In this document: piece by piece, positions 10,106 through 19,202 of the stretch
Layout: each line of letters begins with the position of its first letter
Position numbering within the stretch: position 1 is the stretch's first letter
Origin: a virus
IMG/VR virus record: IMGVR_UViG_3300025849_000009
Strand: one strand, 5' to 3'
Length of the DNA stretch: 64,000 nucleotides
Notes under the pieces: generated by a model
The model's database searches: none
What the model was told of the DNA's origin: nothing
The model's input: only the letters and a program-made list of their open reading frames with translations
Program-made: the position numbers and the translations under genes

Positions 10106-10528
10106 TTATAGATCTTTTAATGCTAGTCTATTACGAATGGCAAATCCCATATTATCTAGGGTTTTTACCGAATCTCTAAAAAACTCAACTTGATTTTCTA
10201 GATGCGACAGTATCATATTTTCATCTGCTAAATCTGTCTCTATAAATCTTTCTTTTTGTTTTTCTCCGAGTTTATAATCATATTCATAGTATCTAATATA
10301 AGCTTCTCTATATCTGATGGCTACTTTTGCTTTTTGTTCTTTTACCTTCATATTTAAATATGACATTTGTTCCACTAGAGATTGACGCGAAGATAAAACT
10401 TCAGCAATTGTTTCTTCCATTAAATTTAAGTTTCTCAAACTCTGTGCCAATTTTTTTATATTATTTGTCCACTCAGTTCTTTGTCTGCTTAATTTTCCGT
10501 CTAATGCTAGTATGTTTTCTTTAGTCAT
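10106..10528 (-). CDS. uvsY: UvsY-like recombination mediator
   Basis: 140 aa helical protein ending KTLDNMGFAIRNRL (similar to the UvsY C-terminus), adjacent to uvsW. Confidence 0.7.
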   Translation of the reverse strand: MTKENILALDGKLSRQRTEWTNNIKKLAQSLRNLNLMEETIAEVLSSRQSLVEQMSYLNMKVKEQKAKVAIRYREAYIRYYEYDYKLGEKQKERFIETDLADENMILSHLENQVEFFRDSVKTLDNMGFAIRNRLALKDL

Positions 10529-10529
10529 A

Positions 10530-10751
10530 TTAAAATAATGATTTCTTGTTAGGATTTGGTTTAATAAATTTTGATGTTATTTGCCTCTTCTTAAATTTAG
10601 GTTTTGGCATTTCCATTTCTGGAGAATTGACACTAAGATCTAATGGCTTGAAATCTATCAAAAGTTTCATACCCTTAAATCTATCACTGTCTTTTTGGAA
10701 CTCATCAAAGTTATCCTCAACCATGTCGTTAATCGTTTCTATACATACCAT
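10530..10751 (-). CDS. Small hypothetical protein
   Basis: 73 aa ORF filling the gap between primase and uvsY on the coding strand. Confidence 0.55.
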   Translation of the reverse strand: MVCIETINDMVEDNFDEFQKDSDRFKGMKLLIDFKPLDLSVNSPEMEMPKPKFKKRQITSKFIKPNPNKKSLF

Positions 10752-11818
10752 AAATCTAATTGATTAGAAGTGAAATAATTATCGATCTTTTTATGAGCAT
10801 CGATTTTAAGCTCAAAACACTTCAATATTAAATCATTTAGATCCTTAATATTATATGTATCTAGTTTATTTTCACTAAGAAATTTAGTCCACATGAAAAC
10901 AGGACGTCCTTTTTTTAGCTTTTCTGCCATCTTCTTTTTACCTGTTGCATCATTATCAAACATGTATCTAACAGTTGGTATCTCATCAAAATCATCTGTT
11001 GATCTACCGGCAGTTGCCAAAGCCAATGAGTTATTCATAAATTTAGCATCTAATGGTCCTTCGAACATTGTTATAGGTCTTTGGAAATTTAATTGCATAA
11101 TTCCAAAAAGCGTTGATATCTTTGTAAGAGTGTTTAGTTCCTCGTTACTCATTTCTAATGGCTTACCCATTTCTTCATATAATTTTGGTAAATCATAAGT
11201 TAGATATCTTTGACCATATCCTTTCATTCTACGTGTCTGCGCGCCTATAATTTTACCATCTGTACTATAATTAAGAATCCATAGGCGAAACTCTTTATCT
11301 GAATATAGAAATTCTTCGGATCTATTATGTAATAACCTATCTTTTAATTGAAACCAAATCCAATCACCGGGTTCTATTACTTTAGCTTTAAAATGTTTCT
11401 TGAATTCTTCAACATCAATTGCTAGATTATGTATCTTTTCTAGTGCTTGGTGTTTCAATACAGACTCTGGGTTTACCTGTATTTTGTTTTGTTTGATGTA
11501 ATCGATGACCATAAAAGAGTCATTAGATGTGTCCATCTTAACATCATGATCCTTTAAAAAAGAATATAAATTAGTGTGATAACTGCAATTATAGCAATGG
11601 TATTGTAATGTATCCCAAAATATATTACCTCTCTTCTTGGTATCATCTGAATGAGAATCGCCACAATATGGACATGCACAGGTTATTCGCCCATGCATGT
11701 CCTTTAGTAGCTTCTTATTAGGAGTGGAATGTATTTGAGATACTACTTGTTTAAGTGCATATCTAATTTTATCCTTTAACTCTTCAGTAAGTTCTATGTT
11801 ATTAGATGTCGAGGTCAT
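10739..11818 (-). CDS. gp61: DNA primase (T4 gp61-like)
   Basis: Zn-binding CPYCGDS...KKRG...YHCYNC; TOPRIM motifs FEGPLDA, FDNDATG, KDLND. Confidence 0.9.
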   Translation of the reverse strand: MTSTSNNIELTEELKDKIRYALKQVVSQIHSTPNKKLLKDMHGRITCACPYCGDSHSDDTKKRGNIFWDTLQYHCYNCSYHTNLYSFLKDHDVKMDTSNDSFMVIDYIKQNKIQVNPESVLKHQALEKIHNLAIDVEEFKKHFKAKVIEPGDWIWFQLKDRLLHNRSEEFLYSDKEFRLWILNYSTDGKIIGAQTRRMKGYGQRYLTYDLPKLYEEMGKPLEMSNEELNTLTKISTLFGIMQLNFQRPITMFEGPLDAKFMNNSLALATAGRSTDDFDEIPTVRYMFDNDATGKKKMAEKLKKGRPVFMWTKFLSENKLDTYNIKDLNDLILKCFELKIDAHKKIDNYFTSNQLDLWYV

Positions 11819-12722
11819 TCAAGAAAGAATCTAGATCATCATCTGTTGATACACTTGAAGTTGATTCTGACGTTGATGCCACAGGTGCCGCTGCTGGCTT
11901 TTCTTTTACTGCTGTTGCAGTTTTAGTTGCTGCCTTTGGAGTACTCGATGTCATCGACGCAATAGAATCACCTGGATTAAGATACATTCTTAATACATCA
12001 TTCACAAATGATCTTGTATCTTCGTCCCATGCTTGATAATCATATCCTTTTAATGAAGGAGCCGCTTCTAATTCTTCTTTGATAGTAGTCATAGTTTCTT
12101 TACTACGTTCTGCCGGAGCATCACCCATAATAATAGCTGACTTACTAGAAGAAAATTTAGATGTATCGTAGTTATTATATTCACCTTGTCTAGTGATAAC
12201 TAACTCAAAGTTTTTACCTTCGAACAAATCGAATACTTGTGTTGGTTCACCAAAGTTTGGTTTTAATTCTGCGTCGATCTTTTCTTTAATCTTATATCCA
12301 AATTTAAATACCTTGTAAGTACCTTCTAGTTCTGGATTTTGTGGATCTTTTACGATCTTTACTAAAGAATAGTATTGTTGGCGTCTTTTCAGTTTATCTG
12401 AAGATTTTCTATCTACAGCTGAATCTGATTTACGCAATTTCCAAAATACATCTGCGATAGGGCATTTTTCTCCGATTGTTGCTGGAGAATCAACTAATTT
12501 ACCATCGCCACTAGAGTTTGTTAACCAGTGTACATATTTTTGGATTAGGGAATTACGAGGGTTTTCTGGATTTGGTACAAAACGTATTAATGCTTTGTAA
12601 GTTCCGTCTTTACCGTCGTCTGCGGTTGGTTTGTAGATCTCGTTAGTAGAACTACTTGCTTGTACTTGATGCGTTTCTACGTCTTCCACGCCCAAGTTAA
12701 AAATGTCAAATGAATCACTCAT
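11802..12722 (-). CDS. gp32: Single-stranded DNA-binding protein (T4 gp32-like)
   Basis: ALIRFVP, KCPI, VKDPQNPELEG, FKFGYKI, GKNF, NNYDTSKF; acidic tail DDDLDSFLNDL. Confidence 0.92.
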   Translation of the reverse strand: MSDSFDIFNLGVEDVETHQVQASSSTNEIYKPTADDGKDGTYKALIRFVPNPENPRNSLIQKYVHWLTNSSGDGKLVDSPATIGEKCPIADVFWKLRKSDSAVDRKSSDKLKRRQQYYSLVKIVKDPQNPELEGTYKVFKFGYKIKEKIDAELKPNFGEPTQVFDLFEGKNFELVITRQGEYNNYDTSKFSSSKSAIIMGDAPAERSKETMTTIKEELEAAPSLKGYDYQAWDEDTRSFVNDVLRMYLNPGDSIASMTSSTPKAATKTATAVKEKPAAAPVASTSESTSSVSTDDDLDSFLNDLDI

Positions 12723-12787
12723 ACCTTTAAATTGTTTAGTTTGTTAAAATTGTTTACCTTGAAATTACTTTAATGTTCTTTCGTTTC

Positions 12788-12816
12788 TTTATATTGTATA
12801 ATAATAAATAGTTTCA
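12788..12816 (-). promoter_or_regulatory. Putative early/middle promoter TGAAAC-N17-TATAAA upstream of gp32 operon
   Basis: Same architecture and spacing as the sites at 13012-13040 and 58145-58172. Confidence 0.55.
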
Positions 12817-12984
12817 ATTAATTGATAAGATTCCTCCAGAAGGTTCCTTCCATTTATTCTCCTCTAACTTAATCAGTCCTGATTTGTGAAGTAACTCTGA
12901 CGCTTGCTTTTCAGTAAGCTGGTTCGCTATCACCATTTTTTGTAGGATGTTTAATAAACGAAGGTAATCTGTTGTAACTAACAT
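12814..12984 (-). CDS. Small hypothetical protein (56 aa), missing from ORF track
   Basis: Manual translation MLVTTDYLRLLNILQKMVIANQLTEKQASELLHKSGLIKLEENKWKEPSGGILSIN*; promoter motifs directly upstream. Confidence 0.65.
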   Translation of the reverse strand: MLVTTDYLRLLNILQKMVIANQLTEKQASELLHKSGLIKLEENKWKEPSGGILSIN

Positions 12985-13011
12985 GTAATTTATACTTTTG
13001 TTATTATACTT

Positions 13012-13040
13012 ATTATATATCTAACCTTTAATTTGTTTCA
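13012..13040 (-). promoter_or_regulatory. Composite promoter: TGAAAC-N17-TATAAT with overlapping GATATATA late motif
   Basis: Minus strand reads TGAAACaaattaaaggttaGATATATAAT. Confidence 0.55.
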
Positions 13041-13074
13041 TCTGGGATTAATTTTAATTTTTTTTAAAATAAAA

Positions 13075-13104
13075 TGAAACAGTTTTTCGGTAAGTGCATA
13101 TAAC
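13075..13104 (+). promoter_or_regulatory. Putative plus-strand (antisense) promoter TGAAAC-N18-TATAAC
   Basis: Mirror of the minus-strand motif; points into the 3' end of the RuvC-like gene. Confidence 0.35.
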
Positions 13105-13130
13105 AAATGTTAGTTAAGCCAGAAGTTAGA

Positions 13131-13781
13131 TTAGGCTTGGGGGTTTGAAACGTATGATGCTAGAAAATAAGCGTCCACTAAGTCATCTAATGGCTTCGGG
13201 ATCTTCTTCCCAATTTCTAGGTCTTTGACTATTTTCCACAAAGGGCTTTTAGCCAAGATTTGGTCTTCGTTCACATTTTTCTGGTAAGCTTCAAATAATT
13301 GTAGTTTATTCATGTTACCCTTACCTGCAAACTTCTTAATTGTAGTAGGAGCAACAGTAAGTAAATCTTCTGGATTTAAGGTCTTTAAAAGTTTAAGCTT
13401 TAAGATTGCGGCTCCTGCTGCCATATCAATCATATTGTTAGTTCCCATTTTGGAACCATATGATGTACCTTCGAATGCTATGGTGAAACCATCACCCTCA
13501 AAAGAATTTTGTAATATTAGGTTGATTAAGTCATCAGCCATTTTATCATATCTCTTTACCTTTAAGAGTTCGGCACTTGAGAAAGCTTCATTGTTTGTAA
13601 AATCAGGTTGATTAACTAAAGTGACATCTTCTAATAGAGAAATCTCTTCTTGAAGTCTTTGTTCTGCTTTAGTTCCTGTTTTAGGTTTTATATAACTAAT
13701 AAAATGATAACTCTTTTTTTTATCATTATATATGGCTAAACCTGGAGAATTTAAAGAAAAATCTACTGCTAAATAATTCAT
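13131..13781 (-). CDS. RuvC-like Holliday junction resolvase (RNase H fold)
   Basis: AVDFSLNSPG, AFEGTSYGS, VAPTTIKKFAGKGN, DDLVDAYFL. Confidence 0.85.
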   Translation of the reverse strand: MNYLAVDFSLNSPGLAIYNDKKKSYHFISYIKPKTGTKAEQRLQEEISLLEDVTLVNQPDFTNNEAFSSAELLKVKRYDKMADDLINLILQNSFEGDGFTIAFEGTSYGSKMGTNNMIDMAAGAAILKLKLLKTLNPEDLLTVAPTTIKKFAGKGNMNKLQLFEAYQKNVNEDQILAKSPLWKIVKDLEIGKKIPKPLDDLVDAYFLASYVSNPQA

Positions 13782-14150
13782 TTACAGTTTTTTACCTAGA
13801 GCAGCACCTAATGCGGCGCCTACAAGTCTAGAAGTTAGTAAATCATAAAATACACCTTTTTGGATACCAAGAACTTTTGCTAGCATTTTACCAATAGATT
13901 TCCCTAAAGCAAAACCTGTAAGTCCACCAATAATCGATCCAAAGAAACCTTCATTAGTCATCTCTTCATTAAGTCTCTCAATATCATAAGAACCATCTTC
14001 GTTTTGATATTCTGAGGCAAAAGATTCTAACGCCGCATCTATTTTCTCTTCTAACTCTGGAGTCCAAGTTTCTTGAAGTCCCTCATTAATAAGTTCTAAA
14101 TCCTGTTCGTTAACAGCGTTTTCAATTAAATATGTATTAAATGTTTTCAT
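13782..14150 (-). CDS. Acidic pro-region plus C-terminal glycine-zipper amphipathic peptide; putative head-packaged membrane-active protein
   Basis: MKTFNTYLIE start; VNE/INE/LQE/LNE/TNE sites; last 55 aa GFFGSIIGGLTGFALGKS...VGAALGAALGKKL. Confidence 0.55.
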   Translation of the reverse strand: MKTFNTYLIENAVNEQDLELINEGLQETWTPELEEKIDAALESFASEYQNEDGSYDIERLNEEMTNEGFFGSIIGGLTGFALGKSIGKMLAKVLGIQKGVFYDLLTSRLVGAALGAALGKKL

Positions 14151-14154
14151 GTAT

Positions 14155-14162
14155 TATATATC
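14155..14162 (-). promoter_or_regulatory. Late-promoter motif GATATATA, 4 nt upstream of ATG
   Basis: Minus strand GATATATAATAC-ATG; motif recurs before many structural genes. Confidence 0.7.
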
Positions 14163-14167
14163 TTATT

Positions 14168-14722
14168 TTATTCTAATTCTAATCTAAGGTTTAATCTATT
14201 GTAAAAGAACGTAACTTCAAACGTTTGAAAAGATGCAACGTTTTCTGCAAAATTTAAATTTAATTCATTAATAGAGTTCATGATACAATCTGTAAATTCC
14301 ATGTATGCAACTGATGCCCCTTCCGCATCTAATATTCTTAAAGTTAATGGAGATTCTATATGAGACTGTTTAGTGGATCTAGCATAATACCATAAAAGTG
14401 TATCCATCATGATCCAATAATTAATAAACCCATCTAGTAATTGCATACTAACCGTGAATTCTCTATTAATTGTATTTTGTATAGGTATTGCACCTCTGTG
14501 ATACCTTATAGAGCCATCATTATCTTCTTGTGTTAACGGATTAAAAGAAACACCTGGTATATTAATACCTTGAATGCTATAGTTTATAAAATCCACAGGT
14601 TCAGATAATAAACCACCTGGCACATTGTTAATGTATTTTTTATATTTATCAGCAACTTCTTTAGGTACAAATCCTCTTGGAAATCTAAAGTCGAATGAAT
14701 TATTTCTACTATTTAAGATCAT
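14168..14722 (-). CDS. Putative tail tube/tail completion-fold protein
   Basis: SIQGINIPGVS, FTVSMQLLDG, INELNLNF...FEVTFFY pattern resembles T4 gp19/gp3-type proteins. Confidence 0.5.
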   Translation of the reverse strand: MILNSRNNSFDFRFPRGFVPKEVADKYKKYINNVPGGLLSEPVDFINYSIQGINIPGVSFNPLTQEDNDGSIRYHRGAIPIQNTINREFTVSMQLLDGFINYWIMMDTLLWYYARSTKQSHIESPLTLRILDAEGASVAYMEFTDCIMNSINELNLNFAENVASFQTFEVTFFYNRLNLRLELE

Positions 14723-14731
14723 CGTTTTTTA

Positions 14732-16795
14732 TTATTTCTTAAATTTACCAGACATGATCATATTCTCATCAATGCCATTATTAACACTAATATAAAACTT
14801 ATTGTTTTTCATACCTCTAATAGTATTAGCATTAGCTTCGCTTATTTTAAACAAAACTTCACCTTCACCCATATCAATATCCTTGTTTGATATATGATTA
14901 AATTTTAATTTTTGTTTTCCATCGCCAAATGTTAATATTACATTTTCAGCATTTGTAAAAGAAATAAATTCAACATCATCACCCTTTCTTTTAGCAATCA
15001 CAAATTTGTAATATGAAGTAAATGGTGGTATGTCAATATTTAGTTTTGTTTCATTTACAAATTCAGAAGTATCTACCTCGGTAATACTCTGTGTCATTAT
15101 ATTTTCATTAGAAGAATCAAACACTATTTTTGATTTTGATGCAATAACGTTATGCCTCTCTATAAACGTAGGAACATACTTTATACTTTTAGGTAAGTTG
15201 TCTGTAAATATTCCTTCTATAATTTTATTGGAAGATAATTCAGGCAAAACATTATAAACTTCAGTCAACTGATTTGGGGAATTAATTTTTAATTTATTTA
15301 ATCTTTTACCATATTTTGCAGCTTGTGTTAAAGTTAAACTAGCTCTTTTTACTATTTGTGTATTATCAGTTTGATTCCAAATTCTCATAGTTACATCTAC
15401 TGAAAAACTAGAAGCAGTATTACTATTGATAATTACTGGCCTAAAAACAATAGGTGTATTGAAATCTTCATATTGTGTATATGATGTTTGGAATGTTTTA
15501 ACATCAACGCCCCCTATAGTTTCGAAAATATCAACATCAAACATTACAACTATATCATCTGAAGTTTTAGTTATTTGATTTAGTATGTATGCTTCAAATG
15601 CACCTATAGAATTATCTTTTTCTCCATATATTTTAAAGTAATCGCCATCAGTAGCATCTTCTACTACCACGGTAAAATCTTGAAATTCATCTTCTCTAGA
15701 AATAGTAAAACTATTCTCTTCACCCGTAAGGAAATAATCAAATCCATTAATAGTTTGTAGCGTATCTATTAACTTAAATGTCATTTCATAATTAGAAGTT
15801 GGATCTAAATCACTAGAGCCTGCGCTTCCATCTCCATAAAATAAATCATTAAATTCTTCATTCTGTTCCACAAGAGTAGGAACTTTAATATCAATAAATT
15901 TACTATATAATGTCTCACCTAAAATAAAAGGCTTGGGATTAGCATATTCGTAGTTACTGGTATTTAAGTATACTAACTGTGTTAAATTGTTTCTAACACC
16001 TGAATTTCTTTTAGTTGCTATTTCAAATAAAAACCCTTCATATCCCCTAGCAGCAAAACTATACCCACTTCTAAGGTGTAATCTAATACTATCATATTTG
16101 ATATAATTAATATTTGCAGTTGCATTGGTTTGGCTATTTAAAAGATCGGTTTCATTTCCACCTGACCAATCAACATTATTATTAACGTAATTAAACATTT
16201 CATAATCTCCCGTTGAATCATAACCCAATAGAGCATATTTAGTACCAGTAGTACCAGACTTTACAGCATGATATCTTCCAATAGTTTGATTAATATCATT
16301 ACCAGTATTTTCATCTGGATTTGCAAATAATGGATTTGCTCTTGTGTCTACTATTATTTTACCTCCAATTAAACCTTCATAAGAATATTCTATTATTCCA
16401 TTTTGATTAGGTGTAAATTGTGCAATCTTAGTTACATCAGAATAAGAGTATATTCCTAAAGCTCCGCTGATTTCAAACAAACTAGGATCTGTTAATAAAC
16501 TTAAATTAAATTTATAAGTTTTTCCGTTTTGTAAAAGTAAAGTTCTTGATGCAAAGTTTTCAACCGATAAATATCCTGAAGTTTCTGTTATATCAAAGTT
16601 TACAACAGCACTACCCAACTCATTGATCAAGTGCCTTTTTTCTGAAGTAACTCCTTTTACAGTATCTAGGAATTTTACCTCACTGCCATTATCGTCCACC
16701 TCTATTTGATACTTAGAAGGATTTCCTTGATCATGATAAATGAATTCTAATAAAATATCAGAATCTAAATAAAAATATCTTGATGATTGTGCCAT
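14732..16795 (-). CDS. Hypothetical virion structural protein
   Basis: 687 aa beta-rich ORF in the tail block. Confidence 0.45.
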   Translation of the reverse strand: MAQSSRYFYLDSDILLEFIYHDQGNPSKYQIEVDDNGSEVKFLDTVKGVTSEKRHLINELGSAVVNFDITETSGYLSVENFASRTLLLQNGKTYKFNLSLLTDPSLFEISGALGIYSYSDVTKIAQFTPNQNGIIEYSYEGLIGGKIIVDTRANPLFANPDENTGNDINQTIGRYHAVKSGTTGTKYALLGYDSTGDYEMFNYVNNNVDWSGGNETDLLNSQTNATANINYIKYDSIRLHLRSGYSFAARGYEGFLFEIATKRNSGVRNNLTQLVYLNTSNYEYANPKPFILGETLYSKFIDIKVPTLVEQNEEFNDLFYGDGSAGSSDLDPTSNYEMTFKLIDTLQTINGFDYFLTGEENSFTISREDEFQDFTVVVEDATDGDYFKIYGEKDNSIGAFEAYILNQITKTSDDIVVMFDVDIFETIGGVDVKTFQTSYTQYEDFNTPIVFRPVIINSNTASSFSVDVTMRIWNQTDNTQIVKRASLTLTQAAKYGKRLNKLKINSPNQLTEVYNVLPELSSNKIIEGIFTDNLPKSIKYVPTFIERHNVIASKSKIVFDSSNENIMTQSITEVDTSEFVNETKLNIDIPPFTSYYKFVIAKRKGDDVEFISFTNAENVILTFGDGKQKLKFNHISNKDIDMGEGEVLFKISEANANTIRGMKNNKFYISVNNGIDENMIMSGKFKK

Positions 16796-16809
16796 TTAAT
16801 TATTTTATT

Positions 16810-17613
16810 TTAAAACCTTAAAAATTTAGGTGAGTAATATAATCCTATCCCAATAGAGGGTCCAGTACTAATCACTTGATTATTATTTAAATTAATTCCA
16901 TACCCAACGCCAAATCCAATGGCCCATCCACCTTTCTTTTGACTTTTCCTGTTTAATCTCGTGTTAATTAAGTTAATATTTTCTATATCTTTAATTTCTA
17001 GACCCGGATACGTAGTACTTAATTTAAGCCTATCTGCACCGTCAACATTTTCTATTGCTGCCATTAAACTTAGTGTTTGTGTTAATTCAAATTTACTATC
17101 TAAAACCTTGAACTGACCAAAATCATATTTTAAAGTTGATTTTCCAAATAAACTCCTGCTGTTACCATTACCATAATCCTTAAATGATTCGTATTTAACT
17201 TCAGCAGTTGTAGAATCTATTTGAGTTACACTTGCATTTGCTAATAAGCTATCTTTAATTTCTAACTCAGCAGAAATTAAAGAGTTTACATCACTTAAAT
17301 CTTCATTTAAATCTAAAGCATTTTTATACTTTTTTGTCATTTTAATAAGATTATTGTCTTTAATAGATAAATCTACTTTAAATGACCTGATCTGTGCTAA
17401 TTGATCTCCGTTGTCATTTCTTAAAATAGAAATAGAATCTTGAGATGCCTTTAAATTATTTAAAGATATGTTAGCGTCTTCCCTTGCATATTTAACATCT
17501 TGTTTTAAAGAAGATATACTATCACATTGTTTTAAAAACATTAAAACGAAAAGAGCACCCAACACAAAAGTGAGGGTGTTCTTATTACTTATTACTTTAT
17601 TTAAAAAACTCAT
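16810..17613 (-). CDS. Membrane-anchored coiled-coil protein with C-terminal Gly/aromatic beta-hairpin (spanin-like candidate)
   Basis: N-terminal hydrophobic helix ending FLKQC, coiled coil, C-terminal GWAIGFGVGYG...GPSIGIGLYY...LRF. Confidence 0.45.
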   Translation of the reverse strand: MSFLNKVISNKNTLTFVLGALFVLMFLKQCDSISSLKQDVKYAREDANISLNNLKASQDSISILRNDNGDQLAQIRSFKVDLSIKDNNLIKMTKKYKNALDLNEDLSDVNSLISAELEIKDSLLANASVTQIDSTTAEVKYESFKDYGNGNSRSLFGKSTLKYDFGQFKVLDSKFELTQTLSLMAAIENVDGADRLKLSTTYPGLEIKDIENINLINTRLNRKSQKKGGWAIGFGVGYGINLNNNQVISTGPSIGIGLYYSPKFLRF

Positions 17614-17624
17614 ATTTAACTTTA

Positions 17625-19184
17625 TTAGTATATGCCTTCGTCTCCAAATTCGTCGTCGCCGGTCCCTTCAGAATCTTTTTCAAGATCTTCAACATTGTGT
17701 ACAACTATACCATTTGCAAAGTATAAATCACATTCTTCAACATTGAACGAATAGGTTGTAAATCTTTCAGGAACTGTTACCAGTTCTATAGATGTAATAT
17801 CTACCCATATATTGTCTTCGTTTAACAGCCAATCTGAATTAACAATATCTCTCACTTGTTTAAAGTAAATATCGCCTACCATGTCTTTTACTAGAACTGG
17901 ATGCTCTTCTGTTATTTTTAATAATCCATTATTAAAGTTGTAATATTTATCAAAATCCAAGACATTGATGCCTGTAACGACAGTGCTTGTATATTCAGGT
18001 TCTAGAGTTTCTTCTCTTCTTTTCCATTCTTGCCATTCTCCGTCCAAACTAAATCCATCGAAGTTAATAGATAATAGGTCATCCCCTATAACTATATTCT
18101 CTACCGCTTTAGTTTCTCCATTGGCTAATGTAAGTAATTCTCCAGCTACGTGACATCCGCCACCGCCACCGCCACCAAAGCCGCCGCCACATAATGCAGG
18201 GCTATCGTATGTACAGTCAAATGGTGTTTGTGAATCACCTATATACTGAGTACCAGTAAATTCGTAAATTGTTCCGGATTGGTTAGGGCAATTAGTAGTT
18301 CCAGCAATCTTGTTTGATAGAATATTAACACTTCTTAAAATTTTAGCTGTACCTCCATCACATGGCGTAGCTGATCTAAAATAAAAAGTTTGTGATGTTG
18401 CAGATGGAACTGGTGTCGGCATCGCAGTTGGAGCTGGCCCTGAGCCACTTCCACTTCCACTAGTTGGAGATGGAGCCGGAGTTGGGGTTCTATTGCTTCC
18501 CGAATTAGCTTCGAGTACACAGTACCATGTGTCGGATGTGCCATAAGGTGCATTTACAGTACAGTCAACATTCATATTACTTACAGGTGAAAAAGTTTTA
18601 GTAAACCTATACGTTCCACTAAATACATTAGAGTCTTGTGTTACAGTTGGACCAGATAAGTTTGTTCCACTAACACCCGTAGTACTAAAATTACTAGGTG
18701 CCGCTGGACTAGTCTGACCATCAGCTACAATTGTATATGCTACATCAGCACCAAGTGACTGAGGTGTAAATACAAATCTATTACCAGATGTTGTATTAGT
18801 TGCGAACGTGAACGCTGGGGTTGGACCTAACGTTGGTTGTGCTGTTGGAACTGGGGTTGGTTGTGCTGTTGGAACTGGGGTTGGTTGTGCTGTTGGAACT
18901 GGCGTTGCAGTCGGAACCGAAGTTGGGACTGGCGTTGCAGTCGGATCAGGTACACCCGCACCTTCAGCTTGATTTACAGTAATAGTGTCAACCGTTGTTG
19001 AATTAGCATGTCTAACAGTGAGTGTTGCGCTTCGCGCAGCACCGTTGTTTTGTTCTAGTGTAATTGTCCAGTCGTCAGAGTTAACAGAAACTCTTGTTAT
19101 AGTAATCCAATTAGGAGTAGCATCCCATGAATAGGATGTACTTACTGGTGTAATTGAGACAGTTCTTGTATAATCGTAGCTCAT
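17625..19184 (-). CDS. Putative fibre/adhesin: BACON-like domain, PT repeats, C-terminal Hint (intein-like) domain
   Basis: PNWITI...QNNGAARSATLTV...ITVNQ (BACON-like); (PTAQPTPV)n; poly-Gly then CHVAGELLTLANG...YFANGIVVHN. Confidence 0.75.
   Translation of the reverse strand: MSYDYTRTVSITPVSTSYSWDATPNWITITRVSVNSDDWTITLEQNNGAARSATLTVRHANSTTVDTITVNQAEGAGVPDPTATPVPTSVPTATPVPTAQPTPVPTAQPTPVPTAQPTLGPTPAFTFATNTTSGNRFVFTPQSLGADVAYTIVADGQTSPAAPSNFSTTGVSGTNLSGPTVTQDSNVFSGTYRFTKTFSPVSNMNVDCTVNAPYGTSDTWYCVLEANSGSNRTPTPAPSPTSGSGSGSGPAPTAMPTPVPSATSQTFYFRSATPCDGGTAKILRSVNILSNKIAGTTNCPNQSGTIYEFTGTQYIGDSQTPFDCTYDSPALCGGGFGGGGGGGCHVAGELLTLANGETKAVENIVIGDDLLSINFDGFSLDGEWQEWKRREETLEPEYTSTVVTGINVLDFDKYYNFNNGLLKITEEHPVLVKDMVGDIYFKQVRDIVNSDWLLNEDNIWVDITSIELVTVPERFTTYSFNVEECDLYFANGIVVHNVEDLEKDSEGTGDDEFGDEGIY
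17694..18155 (-). other. Hint/BIL autoprocessing domain (154 aa, no homing endonuclease)
   Basis: Block A Cys1 (CHVAG), block B ITEEHPV, block F YSFNVE, block G VVHN. Confidence 0.85.
18832..18953 (-). repeat. 24-nt tandem repeats encoding PTAQPTPV/PTATPV
   Basis: gttggttgtgctgttggaactggg repeated. Confidence 0.9.
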
Positions 19185-19202
19185 TGTTTTGTTTATTTTT
19201 TA

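Noticed and set aside
12723-13130. tRNA or structured ncRNA in the largest intergenic area
   Set aside because: No cloverleaf or T-loop consensus seen; the space is explained by a 56-aa ORF and promoter motifs
17694-18155. Hint domain as a mobile, splicing intein
   Set aside because: No endonuclease, +1 residue is Val, and it sits at the end of a variable protein instead of in a conserved active site
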